A stretch of DNA of 64,000 bases from Heteronotia binoei (GCF_032191835.1 NC_083237.1:10416001-10480000); one strand, 5' to 3'. Shown: positions 20,238 to 32,671, numbered from the stretch's first letter. A program made the numbers and translations. Notes: a model not told the origin generated them from the letters alone.

Positions 20238-21310
20238 CCCAGCAACTTCTCCTATTCCCTTCCCGTACATTCAGTTATGAAACTCAATGACATCAGTAAA
20301 GACAGGGTATTGTCAAGAACGTGGATTGGAATATCCTTGATTATAGGATCTCCCTTCCATTTGAGTTCCATGACAACCTAAAACCTTAAGATATGGAAAA
20401 TAATGACTGGATCTCCCAGCATCATTTCACCTCCCCACAATGTCAGCCACTGATATCTCTGTTTTGCTTCAAAACTGCTGCTAGAATAAAAAGGACTGAT
20501 CTTTAAATCTCTTGTTGAATTCTGTATAGGTGAATGGAAGGATGAAACTGATATTGGTAAATATAACTTTTAACACGCTGGATGTGGTGAGGGCTTTGCT
20601 TGGGGACCTCCCCCTTCCCAGAAGATGTTCCTAAAACGAGCAACACTTTTCATTGAGGTAGATTGTGGGCTATGTCTATCCAAGAATAATTTACATCACC
20701 TGCAATTGGCTTTCTTTGCCACAGGAATATTAAGAAGAGGCCAGATTTGATTAGTTATGTAGAAGCATTATGTCAAGTCAGCTATCCCCGGGACCATTCT
20801 AGCCACTGAAAGGACCACAGCAGCAGCAACAGTTGGGGAAATATGGCTGCCAGGTTCCCTCTGGGGGTAGGGGATTCCTTGCACCTTGCACTATGTTTTA
20901 AGGCCATCAGTCCAATTGTGTCCTCTCTATGGTTACCATAGAGTTTTCAGCAGTTTCTTTAAAAAGCTGTGATGTCACTTACAGTTTTTCCAGAAGTGAT
21001 AACACATTGTCACTGACAGCCATCCCCACTACATCCTTACCCCCACCTGGCCTCACATTGGTTGCCATTCTGTGTAAGGTAACCCTGCAGATAAATGGTG
21101 ACAGCATACAGGAATGTTAAGAAAGAAGAATATTTACACAATGGAAGTGGAAACCATTTTGTTCATTTTGAAAGCCTTTCATTCAGCCTGTGTATTGAAA
21201 TGGACAAATATTTGGTTCAACACTGGTATGTCTGGAGTGGATCCTTGAGAGAAAAAAGTCAATAAATAAAATCAATGCATACGTTATTTTAGACCCCAAA
21301 AAATATAATC

Positions 21311-22256
21311 ATAAGAACATAAGAGAAGCCATGCTGGATCAGGCCAATGGCCCCTCCAGTCCAGCACTCTGTGTCACATAAGAACATAAGAGAAGCCATG
21401 TTGGATCAGGCCAATGGCCCATTCAGTCCAACACTCTGTATCACACAGTGGCCAGAAATTTATATATATATATATACACACACACAAACTGTGGGTAATA
21501 GCCACTGATGGACCTCTCCTCCATATTTTTATCTAACCCTCTCTTGAAGCTGGCTATGCTTGTAGCCGCCACCACCTCCTGTGGTAGTGAATTCCACATG
21601 TTAATCACCCTTTGGGTGAAAAAGTACCTCCTTTTATCCATTCTAACCCGACTGCTCAGCAATTCATCAAATGCCCATGAGTTCTTGTATTGTGAGAAAG
21701 GGAGAAAAGTACTTCTTTCTCTACCTTCTCCATCCCATGCATAATCTTGTAAACCTCTATCATGTCACCCCGCAGTCAACGTTTCTCCAAGCTAAAGAGT
21801 CCCAAGTGTTTTAACCTGTCTTCATAGGGAAAGAGTTCCAAACCTGTAATCATTCTATTTGCCCTTTTCTGCACATTTTCCAATGCTATAATATCCTTTT
21901 TGAGGTGCGGTGACCAGAATTGCACACAGTATTCCAAATGAGATCTCACCATTGATTTATACAGGGGCATTATGATACTGGCTGATTCGTTTTCAATTCC
22001 CTTCCTAATAATTCCCAGCATGGCGTTGGCCTTTTTTATTGCAAATGCACACTGTCTTGACATTTTCAGTGAGTTATCTACCATGACCCCAAGATCTCTC
22101 TCTTGGTCAGTCTCTGCCAGTTCACACCCCATCAACTTGTATTCGTAGCTGGGATTCTTGGCCCCAATGTGCATTACTTTGTGCTTGGTCACACTGAAGC
22201 TCATCTGCCACGTTGATGCCCACTCACCCAGCCTCAACAGATCCCTTTGGAGTTCC
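21311..22256 (-). mobile_element. 5'-truncated CR1 LINE with a second tandem 3' end (21311-21376)
   Basis: ORF2 remnants LRSHLEYCVQFWSPHLKKD and DKRRYFFTQRVINMWNSLP; two CTTATGTTCTTATG tails. Confidence 0.9.
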
Positions 22257-22495
22257 CTTTGGAATCAAAAAGTTTGCACACAAATGTGAACATCAACACA
22301 TGGTGAAATTCACTTTATCAGCATAATTTCAGCTGATTTGTATAATTGTGCTCATTCTACTTTGGGACAGGAAAAGAAACAACCAGATGTTCTTTCTTCT
22401 GTCAAATGTTACAATTTCTTTAGATTGCCATCATCTGAAAACTTTGCCAAGGAAAAAAGCCTGGGGCAAAGAAATACTTGGCCAATTGGCCCCAA

Positions 22496-22769
22496 GAGAA
22501 GATGATATTGGATTTATATCCCACCCTCCACTCCAAAGAGTCTCAGAGCGGCTCACAATCTCCTATATCTTCTCCCCCCACAACAGACACCCTGTGAGGT
22601 GGGTGGGGCTGGAGAGGGCTCTCACAGCAGCTGCCCTTTCAAGGACAACCTCTGCCAGAGCTGTGGCTGACCCAAGGCCATTCCAGCAGGTGCAAGTGGA
22701 GGAGTGGGGAATCAAACCCGGTTCTCCCAGGTAAGAGTCCGCACACTTAACCACTACACCAAACTGGCT
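22496..22769 (-). mobile_element. Squam3-like SINE
   Basis: Near-consensus copy. Confidence 0.85.
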
Positions 22770-25629
22770 AGAAAAGTTCTTAAGAATTTAAATCCCTTGA
22801 AGATGAGGACAAATGAAAGCAACCACTGAGTTAGGTGCGCTAAACTGTTCCCAGACCATTGGGAATGAAATTTATGTATGTCTGCATAGGAGGGAAAGAG
22901 GAGTAGGTAAGGTGAGAGAAAGGAGTTAGAGATAAACAGGTGGAAGAAAGCATTAGACTTGAGGAGTGAGTTCTTCCTGTCTCAAAGAGATTGTCATCTG
23001 TATACCAAGACTTTCATTCTTTATTTTCTTTTTGATTGGAATCCATTAGAAAACTGATGCTTCCCCCCCTCTCATGATTTCTAAGCAATGGAAGTAGTGG
23101 ATGTAATAGAAATTCAGTGCGACTTCAAGTGTCAATTCTGTTCCTGTAAGTAGTAAGTTATCTGTTTAAAACCACCATCTTTCTTGGCCACAACATGGTA
23201 GGTGTTAATCTGCCTGGGTCTCCACATATGCTTGTAGTGCTTTATGTCCATCATCCCCAAACTCCATCAATATCACTTTCTCTGTGTGCAAACTTAGTTA
23301 TTCAGTCAAGGGAAGATCGCACAGAGATAAGTTCCTGTTGGCATTCTCAGTAAGTTTAATTTACTTTTTATTCAATTTTATTGTTGGTTTCTTAAGTAAT
23401 TATTGCTCTATCTCTGTTTGCAAGAAGCTGCCACTAAATAGGTTTTGAAACCTTACCTTAACTCCTTTGAGGGGAGGAAATGCCAGGCATTAAAGACACT
23501 GAGGAATGCAGAGGCTGGCGTACTAAAGCTGTTGTAAATCAGAGCTACAAGCAACAGGCCTAAACAGCTAACTTTAAAAAAAAATCATCCTCTCAAAGTA
23601 ATGGACAATGAATCCTGCCAGTAGTAAAACAAACAAACAAACCCTGTAAACTATTCAAGCCAGAGTTTTGCCAGAATGATTAATTAATCATTAATCATTC
23701 AAGTTAGTGATTCCACAAATGCTCAAGAAAATGGCAGGAAGCCTTCAGCTGGAGTTCTTTCTATCTACCTCTTTTGGAATATTTCTGAAATCCCACCAAA
23801 TGAAGTTAGAAAATGATCTCCCAAATTCTGAAATTAAATCATTGGGATAATAATGCACTAAGATTCCAACTAACTATAAATGGAAGCTCCAAATCACTCA
23901 CCCTCTCCCTCACCTGTCTTCATTCCTCCTGTCCAGTCAAATCGAACCAGTTAATTCCTGGGTTGTGTTTGCCAATTCTCACTAGATTGATACCTGGTGG
24001 CTGCCAGTCATGTTGGATGAGTGGGGATAGTCTAAAGAGTAATGTGCTTAACTTTATTTTCTGCATTGCCTTTGTGGGAAATAGGACCTCCCTGTTCAAT
24101 GTATTGAACCCAGTCTCCATCCTCTTCTATCCCTTTTAGTACTCAGCGTTCTCTTTTTAACTAAAGTAAGTGTTGCTACTCGGTGTTGTACTCTATGCAT
24201 GCTCATGAACTGTTCAATTGATGATACAAAGGGATCACTAGCTAATTTCCAGTAAAAATCTTGTTTGATGGATCTGTAAAATTCACTATCTAGGCTTCCA
24301 AAAGCATGAAGGGACACTCAGCATCTGAATTTGTCCACTTCAGGTTGTTGTTTTGACAGTATACCATTGCGTCCCCTTCTCCTTTACTGTTTTGAGACTC
24401 CCAGTACTTCTTTCTTCCTTTGTGCCCTGACTGAGAAAAAGCCTCCTCCAATCAGTCACTGTGGGACCTTCAAGGAAGTTTCTACTATTTTGTTGCCAAG
24501 ATCACTCAATGAGTCATTAGACATAGATACTGGGGATGAACAAATGATACTCTTTTCCACCAGATAAAACAAGAAAGAAATTCCAACAGCAGAGGACATG
24601 GATGGCAGCCTACAACTGCACAAGTAAGGTGAGTTGGTTTCTAAACAATTATGGCATAGAATGAGAGAGTGCTGGACCCAAACCAAGGATGGGTAGAAGG
24701 AAGCAGGTGAATGGAAAGCCTCATTGGTTTGCTACAGCAAGGCAAATCTTTTGTGGTCCTGATGTAGAAAAGGATGACCAACAGATCAAAGTCTTCTTGG
24801 AGCACAGTCCCAAAGGGAAGATTTTTTGCAGCTTGCTTGTTAATGAGAAAAGGTTTCTGGGGAGGGGGGGGGGGAGATAATGCAAGTTTATCAAATTATT
24901 CATGTTATGGAGTGGATAGAGTGAATTTTCCTTCTTCTGTCATAATACAAATCTTGGCATAACTCAGTGAAGTTCACCAGTAGTACATACAGGACAGCCC
25001 AAACAAAGTAATATATTAAATTTGTCATCAAAGGATATGGTAATAGATATCAGAAAGCTTTAGAAAGGACTAGATACATTCATGAAAGATAGAACTCTCT
25101 GATAGAATTTAGTTCTGATGGCTAAAAACCATAATCAGAGGCAGTACATATCTGAGTATCAGCTCCCGGAAGTGAACAAAGGACAACATTTGTTATCTCA
25201 CCATTTTTATTAATACCTGCTTTTTGAATAAGATCCTGTGATCTTGAAAAGTTCAGAGAGAATGTGAGGCCCACCTTCATGAAGCATCTATGAGGACTTC
25301 AGTATTTGACCTCTCTTCTACTTCACTGTGTTCCTTGGAGCATTTTGATCACACATTATGTTTTTCGTAACAATAAATGTCACATCCAGTCTTGGGTATG
25401 TGCGTTCAAACATGATTGTTGACCTCCTCATCCCACGGAATATAAATATATCATTCTGTTGATAAAGAAATGTTGTGCCTCCATAAGATTTGTAAATTTC
25501 TTCCTCATTCTTTCTTAGTAATATACTTTCATGATTACATTATTTTTCCACATTGAATTGTCAAGATATTCAATTCAATCCAATATTGTGTTTCTTCTAT
25601 ATGGCTCTTAAGGCACGCACATTCCCAGT

Positions 25630-25781
25630 GGCTGCAATCACACACACTAAATGATGTGCTTTCAATCCATTTTTAATGCACTTTCCAACTAGATTTTACT
25701 GTGTGGACAGGCGAAATCCAATTGGAAAGTGCACTTGAAAGTGGATTGGAAGTGCATTATTTGCTGTGTGTGCTTGCAGCC
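25630..25781. mobile_element. Palindromic MITE-like element
   Basis: About 60-bp imperfect inverted arms GGCTGCAA...TTGCAGCC; TSD not clear, superfamily unassigned. Confidence 0.6.
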
Positions 25782-25988
25782 CATGTTTCCCCTAAATATC
25801 CTAAACTGATTTACAGAAACATTTCTATTTCAATCACATTCATTTCATTTTTGCTTTCAAGGTAATTTCTGTATATTTTATTAAGATTTTCATCGTATGA
25901 AGGAAGTCTAAGAACTTTTGGCTAAGATGGGCAACAACTCAACGGGGGCTTTGTGAGATCTCATTTGTCTTTTCAGAGGGAGCAAAGA

Positions 25989-26939
25989 ATGGAGTCAGAC
26001 TGTAACAACCAATCATCAGTTAAAGTATTTGTCTTCCAGTCTTTCCCAGTCCACCGTGAAATGCAGATCTTCTCATTTGTGGTCTTATTTCTCACATATC
26101 TCCTCACCCTCATGGGAAACATTGTCATCCTTTCCCTTATATGGACTAATCAAAGCCTTCACACTCCAATGTATTTCTTCCTCAGCAATTTGTCTTTCCT
26201 GGACATCCTCTTCACCACAGTGATCGCTCCCAAGATGCTCTCCAACCTTCTGGCGGAACAGAAAATCATTTCTTTCAGTGGCTGCATCATACAGACTTAT
26301 TTCTATTTCTTCCTGGGGACTGTGGAGTTCATCCTTCTAGCTGTCATGTCCTTTGATCGTTACGTGGCCATATGCAACCCACTAAGATACACTGTAATTA
26401 TGAATGGACGGGTCTGTTTTTTGATGGTTTTGGGATGTTGGGTGGGAGCCTTTCTGTCAGTTCTTTCTCCTACAGTTGTTGTCTCCAGACTTCCTTTCTG
26501 TAAGCATTTCATCAACCACTTCTTCTGTGACATTGCGCCATTGTTGGAGGTGGCGTGTGTGAACACCCATTTCATAGAACTCCTAGATTTCTTGATGTCT
26601 TCCTTAGTGGTCCTCAGCTCCTTGATGCTCACTGTGGTATCTTACACTTACATCATCTCTACCATCCTCAAAATCCCTTCTGGAAAAGGGAGACAGAAGG
26701 CCTTTTCTACCTGTGCCTCTCACATCACTGTGGTCACCATTGCTTATGGAAGTTCTATCTTTATGTATGTCCGTCCAAATCAAAGCAACTCCCTTGCCTT
26801 TGATAAGGTTGCTGCTATCCTGACAACAGTGGTGACCCCTCTTTTGAATCCCTTTATATATAGTCTCAGGAATGAGAAAGTGAAAGAAGTGTTGAAGGAA
26901 GCCATAAAACGGGGTCTGTATAAGGATATGTCGTCATGA
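25989..26939 (+). CDS. Olfactory receptor OR-c, family 6-like, close paralogue of OR-b (316 aa, intact)
   Basis: ATG behind acceptor TTTGTCTTTTCAG; [24 protein letters not shown]. Confidence 0.95.
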   Translation: MESDCNNQSSVKVFVFQSFPVHREMQIFSFVVLFLTYLLTLMGNIVILSLIWTNQSLHTPMYFFLSNLSFLDILFTTVIAPKMLSNLLAEQKIISFSGCIIQTYFYFFLGTVEFILLAVMSFDRYVAICNPLRYTVIMNGRVCFLMVLGCWVGAFLSVLSPTVVVSRLPFCKHFINHFFCDIAPLLEVACVNTHFIELLDFLMSSLVVLSSLMLTVVSYTYIISTILKIPSGKGRQKAFSTCASHITVVTIAYGSSIFMYVRPNQSNSLAFDKVAAILTTVVTPLLNPFIYSLRNEKVKEVLKEAIKRGLYKDMSS

Positions 26940-27636
26940 TTTTAATTTCACCAGGTTCTATTTATTTACTTATTTAAATAAGTGGACATTCTGCATTTGG
27001 GGGGACTTTGACCACCTTGGAGGTCAGCTTCTTCAATTTCCTTCCCTTATAGTCAATTCTGCAATCCAGTTTCATCAACAAATACACTGCATTGTTAACC
27101 GCATGGATAGGCATACTTGTCATGATAGCTACTCCTTTCTGTTGGAGTGCCATTAAAATCAAAGCAGACAAGACACCAGAGATTAATTTATATTTGTTTA
27201 TAAATATTTAATGTTGATCAATAAATATGACATGAAAAGTCTCAAAAATTGATGGAATGAAGAGCTCGATTGGCCTGTTTTGTCAAAGGGAAGATATGTC
27301 CTAAATTTTGTACCTGCTGTTTCTACGGACATCAAGCTGTGACTTGCTGAGCAAAAACATTATGTTTTGTATACGCAGGCCACCACAGTGCCTTTCTAGA
27401 AAAGGATAAAGTGTCTAATTAATGGCACTGTTAACTTACAAAAAATGTCTCCTAAACATATGTGTTGGGCCTCATTCGGTCTTTTCAGAGAGAAGTATTT
27501 ATTCATATCAGTGTTATATTAGAACTTTGTATTGATTGTTGAGGATGCTTATGAACTTTTAAATTATTTGCCTGCCTGACTGATGTTCCAAAAATGGAGC
27601 CTCCATGTCCTTACTGTTGCTAAAAAAATTATATAC

Positions 27637-28103
27637 GAACATAAGAGAAGCCATGTTGGATCAGGCCAATGACCGATACAGTCCAACACTCTGTATCACA
27701 CAGTGGCCAAAATACACACACACACACATACTGTGGCTAATAGCCACTGATGGACCTCTGCTCAATATTTTTATCCAATCCCCTCTTGAAGCTGGCTATG
27801 CTTGTAGCCCCCACCACCTCCTGTGGCAGTGAATTCCACATGTTAATCACCCTTTGGGTGAAGAAGTACTTCCTTTTATCCATTCTAACCTGACTGCTCA
27901 GCAATTTCACTGAATGCCCACGAGTTCTTGTATTGTGAGAAAGGGAGAAAAGGACTTCTTTTTCAACCTTCTCCATCCCATGCATAATCTTGTAAACCTC
28001 TGTCGTGTCACCCCGCAGTCGACATTTCTCCAAGCTAAAGAGCCCCAAGCGTTTTAACCTTTCTTCATAGGGAAAGTGTTCCAAACCTTTAATCATTCTA
28101 GTT
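27637..28103 (-). mobile_element. 5'-truncated CR1 LINE
   Basis: RMIKGLEHFPYEERLKRLGLFSLEK...FFTQRVINMWNSLP; (CA)n in the 3' UTR. Confidence 0.9.
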
Positions 28104-28352
28104 AGATAATGAAGATAAATCTCCATCTCCAGTAATCCAATGGATTGAGGGCCTTACAGCCTTCTCAATCCATTGGATTACTGGATTGAGAAGATGATAA
28201 TAGTACATGGAACTATTTTTAGATATCTGGAAACCTTTCACAGATATTTATCATAGTTGTATTTGTTGTTATATTTTGTTATATTTTTTTAATAATTTCT
28301 TTCTGTTTGGAATAAAAATAATTATTTTGAAATAAAAGACCGAGAAATTCAT

Positions 28353-28484
28353 GACAGGTAGTTTCAGAGGGAAGCTCTGTTGGTCTGCAGTAGAACAACT
28401 ACACACAATTCCAGTAGGACCTTAGAGACAAAGAAGGTTTTTTGGGATATGAGTTTTTGAGAGTCAAAGTTCCCTTCATCAAAC
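28353..28484 (-). mobile_element. Penelope-like element terminal fragment with decayed hammerhead core
   Basis: Minus strand TTGATGA-A-GGGAA-CTTTGA-CTCTC-AAAA mirrors CUGANGA-stem II-GAAA; family assignment from recalled similarity only. Confidence 0.45.
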
Positions 28485-28645
28485 CATCAAATTGCAGCCA
28501 ATTTGCGGCAACCCCGTGGGGTTTTCAAGGCAAGCGATTTAGCAGATATGGTTTGCCATTGCCTTCCTCTGCAAAGTCTTCCTTGGTGGTCTCCCATCCA
28601 AATATCAGTCCTGCTTAGCTTCTGAGATCTGCCAAGATCAGGCTA
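28485..28645 (-). mobile_element. 5S rRNA-derived SINE (5S-Sauria-like)
   Basis: Minus strand GCCTGATCTT..AGATCTCAGAAGCTAAGCAGG..TTGGATGGGAGACC (5S) plus GAAGGCAATGGCAAACCA tail. Confidence 0.75.
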
Positions 28646-29035
28646 TCAGCAAAAATCAGCAGAATTCAAACTCACCTGGGGATGCTCTGTTGATTATATG
28701 GGTAACCAAGGGTATAGATAGATATCTGCAATGGCTGCCCCACAACATTGGAGCATTCACCTTCAGTGGTGTAAAACTCTGTGCCCATAGGACATTGAAG
28801 ATCTGTCTTGGGGCTACTGATATCTTGTAGCCATTGGGGCCATACTTCATGTTCATAGCACTGGTGGTGGGCATGCAGTTTACCCTTTCCCCTGATGTCA
28901 TTTGACTTGGGAAAAAAATGAAACTTTGAAGCTTTATTAAGTCTGGGTATGGAAAAAGTCTATCAGTTCCTCCTGGGAAAATGTCAGTAAAAAGGAAGCT
29001 TAAGGATCCCTTCATAAAACTGTTGCACGAATTCA

Positions 29036-29237
29036 TGTATCTGCCTTATACTGAATCAGAGCATTGGTCCATCAAAGTCAATATTGTCTACGCAGGCTGA
29101 CAGCAGCTCACCAAAATCTCCAGTGGAGGTATTTTGCATCACCCAACACCTGATCCTTTTAGCTGGAAATGTTGTACATTGAACATGAAACCTATTGCAT
29201 GCCAAGCAGATGACCAACCACTGAGCCAGAGCTCCTG
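29036..29237 (-). mobile_element. Old tRNA-derived SINE
   Basis: Diverged homologue of 386-602. Confidence 0.65.
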
Positions 29238-29300
29238 TGTCAGAGCCTCTGGATAGTGTGGTTCTATCACAAACAGCAATCTGGGTGCTCTGTTATATAG

Positions 29301-29670
29301 AAGAAGAAGATGATGATGATATTGGATTTATATCCCATGCTATACTCTGAATCTCAGAGCACTTAAATCTCCTTTATCTTCTTTCCCACAACAGACACCC
29401 TGTGAGGTGGGTGGGACTGATAGAGCTCTTACAGCCGCTGCCCCTTTCAAGGACAACTCCTACCAGAGCTCTGGCTGACCCAAGGCCATTCCAGCAGGTG
29501 CAAGCGGAGGAGTGGGGAATCAAACCCGGTTCTCCCAGATAAGAGTCTGTGCACTTAACCACTTAGCAAGAACTATGGCTGACCCAAGGCCATTCCAGCA
29601 GATGCAAGTGGAGGAGTGGGGAATCAAACCCGGTTCTCCTAGATAAGAGACTGCACACTTCACCACTACA
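29301..29670 (-). mobile_element. Squam3-like SINE with duplicated head
   Basis: Head segment present twice (about 29466-29563 and 29571-29670). Confidence 0.8.
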
Positions 29671-30280
29671 CCAAACAGGCTATCTTTAGCTGGGAATGCA
29701 GGTAAACCAGCTAGTGTTAACTGTATATGACACTTCATATGATCATCAGTCCAGGGATTATTAGAAGACTATCCAATCAGGTCTAAAAGAGCAGACGTCT
29801 ACTTTGTCAGTGTCTCAATCGTGCTGTGGAATAGGCTTGATAGCACACAACTTGTGTGACTCACCCAGCCTCAGCTGCTTTCTGATGTTCAACAGGAGCC
29901 ACCCCATGAAAGTCAATACGATTCAGTGGTTAGAGTTTTAGGATCTGGGAAACCCTCCATGCGGTCATGAAAACTCATTGGGTCACCTAAGCTTGTCACA
30001 CACTCTCAGTCTTACCAACTTAATAGTGTTATTTTGATAATAAAATGGAGGAGAGCGATGCAATCTGCTTGGGGTTTCCATTGTGGAAATCATGAAATAT
30101 CAATATGGCTGAAAGCGTGTGTTGGGGGAGGGGTTAAGAGCAGACTGGTTTATGTGTGAGAAAGAGAAAAGGAAGAAAGGGAAGGTGAGGGTATGAAGGC
30201 TGTCTGCTGGAGGAAAAAGAGAAAATAATGCGGGGAAGGGCATACAGGGGAGAATGATGTGCCCTCTACATATCCTTGAG

Positions 30281-30850
30281 AGCCAGTCTGCTGTTGCTGT
30301 TAAGAGTGGTGGACTATACTCTGGAGAACCGAGTTTGATCCTCCTCATGAAGCCAGTTGGTGACCTTGGGTCAGTTACAGTTCTCTCAGGAATCCTTCAG
30401 CCCCACCTACCTCGCAGGATGTCTATTCTGGGGAGAGGATGGGAAGGTGATTGCAAGCTGCTTTGAAAAAGAAGATATTGGATTTATATCCTGCCCTCCA
30501 CTTTGAAGAGTCTCAGAGAGGCTCACAATCTCCTTCCCCTTCCTCCCCCAGAACAGACACCCTGTGAGGTGGGTGGGGCTAAGAGGGCTCTCACAGCGGC
30601 TGCCCTTTCAAGGACAGAGTCTCAGAGCGGCCTACAATCTCCTTTACCTTCATCCCCCACAACAGACACCCTGTGAGGTGGGAGAGGCTGGAGAGGACGC
30701 TCACAGCAGCTGCCCTTTCAAGGACAACCTCTGCCAGAGTTATGGCTGACCTAAGGACACTCCAGCAGCTGCAAGTGGAGGAGTGGGGAATCAAACCCGG
30801 TTCTCCCAGATAAGAGTCCGCACACTTAACCACTACACCAAACTGGCCTC
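30281..30850. mobile_element. Tail-to-tail Squam3-like SINE cluster (+ 30281-30465, - 30466-30850 with internal duplication)
   Basis: SINE motifs on both strands; partial paralogues at 43211-43540 and 54544-54872. Confidence 0.75.
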
Positions 30851-31039
30851 CAGTTTGAGACTCCTTTGGGTAGAGAAAAGAAGAGTATAAAACCCAGCTC
30901 TTCTTCTAACAGATGTACCGCCGAAGAGAGAAGGAAACAGGAATCTATGGGGCATGCCAGGGCAAAAATAGAGGAAATAGTGGGGAAGGGGGAAATAAAA
31001 AGGCAAAAATAGAGGAAATAGTGGGGAAGGGGGAAATAA

Positions 31040-31303
31040 AAAGGTAGGCAAGCAACAGTTGTTTCTGACTCCGGGGTGACGTTTTCATGGCAGACTTTTT
31101 ACTGGGTGGTTTGCCATTGGTTTCCCCAGCCATCTACATTTTACCCCCAGGAAGCTGGGCACTCATTTTACTGACCTCGGAAGGATGGAAGGCTGAGTCA
31201 ACCTTGAGATGGCTACCTGAACCTAGCTTCCGCCGGGATCGAACTCAAGTCGTGAACAAAATTTGGACTGCAGTACTGCAGCTTACCACTCTGCACCACG
31301 GGG
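31040..31303 (-). mobile_element. Sauria SINE (paralogues 43878-44159, 55135-55415)
   Basis: Sauria body. Confidence 0.8.
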
Positions 31304-31840
31304 AAATAAGATGCAGCTATTAAAAATGTCTGATTTTTTTTTTTAAAAAAAATAGGCATTTCTATATAGAAAAGCAATCTATTCTACTATTCTCAAGTTT
31401 GTTTGCAAAGTTAGGTCTGCAACTTCTTAATTACTCTTGCTAATTAGGCTGGGTAAATGTTACCTTCTTCAAAGTTATTCCCATCTGAGAAAATTGCATC
31501 AGTCAAGATGCTTCTTTTTATGACTTGCACTCGACTGAAATTATACCAATGTCCTTCATGTCCAGAGAGTTGGGTAGATAGCTTCACAATTCTCATCTGG
31601 AATATTTCAGGCAAATTGAGTGCTTCAACTATCAAAAGGGGAAAGTGCCTCGCTTTTTTCCCCAAACACCAGCATTTCTAAAGGTGTTTCTCTTCCTCCG
31701 TTTCTGTGCTAAGAATGTAGAAGAACAAAGGCAGAATGTTTATAACAATTACATTTATGTAACTCGTTGGTCAATATTCATTATTACTTCAGGTGAACTG
31801 AACGGAATCTCAGTGTGAAAATACAAACCTTTGTAACAAC

Positions 31841-31998
31841 CAGGGATTGCTTTGTAGAAAAATAGGTGGTGGAGCTCATCCTGGGATTGTTGTGCAGCTG
31901 CACCTACTATTCAATGGACAAGGTGGAGAGGAGGAGGGGGAACCCTCAGAAAGGTTCAGGAGCTGCTCTCCTGTGAGCTCCTGTGGAATCCGAGGCCT
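31841..31998. mobile_element. hAT-like MITE (paralogues near 44706 and 55960)
   Basis: CAGGG...TTTGTAGAAAAA terminus matches the TIR of the elements at 35240 and 42427. Confidence 0.5.
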
Positions 31999-32092
31999 GG
32001 TAACAACCCCTTTTACAGAAACATCAAATACCTTTTCCTACTGTTGGACCAATTAAGTAATAATCCTTTGACAGACAAGTTATAATTGATAA

Positions 32093-32370
32093 AAAGGTAA
32101 AGGTAGTCCCCCCTGTGCAAGCACCAGTCATTTTCAACTCTGGGGTGACGCTGCTTTCACAACGTTTTCACGGCAGGCTTTTTATGGGGTGGTTTGCCAT
32201 TGCCTTTCCCAGCGATCTACCCTTTCCCTCCAGTAAGCTGGGTACTCATTTCACCGACCTCGGAAGGATGGAAGGCTGAGTCGACCTGGAGCCAGCTACC
32301 TGAGCCAGCTTCTGTTGGGATCGAATTCAGGTCATGAGCAGAGGGCTCCGAGCGCTCTGTGCCACGGGGC
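32093..32370 (-). mobile_element. Sauria SINE (paralogues 44957-45234, 56211-56509)
   Basis: (AAAGGT)n tail and Sauria body. Confidence 0.85.
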
Positions 32371-32671
32371 AGATTGATGCACCAATGGAATTTTGCTGGC
32401 TGCTAACAGCACCTTTCCTAAAGGATTTCATATTCTTCTCTGACAGCAATTGATGTGACTTACCAATTATGGGATAGATGTATGAACATGGTTTTTAATC
32501 TGAATCTCTGAACTTGTAGTCCAACATTCTGACTGCTGTAACACACTGAACTTGGACACCTAAATAATATTGGTCCTGCAGTGTTCATTTCATACGAAGC
32601 TAGAACATTTTGTTTGTCTGCATTCTGAGCCATTCGAGAGGGACAACTGTCATTCTGCATCAATTGAAACG

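Noticed and set aside
23750-24450. Possible decayed coding relic on the minus strand (SLHAFGSLDSEFYRSIKQDFYWKL...; WQPPGINLVRIG...)
   Set aside because: Interrupted by stops and frameshifts and I recognise no domain; tblastx or an HMM search would be needed before any call.
32570-32671. N-terminal extensions of OR ORFs (also 19048, 25953, 45435, 56709)
   Set aside because: Non-ATG starts; the first ATG with an N-glycosylation sequon (and, for OR-b/c, a preceding splice acceptor) gives typical OR length.
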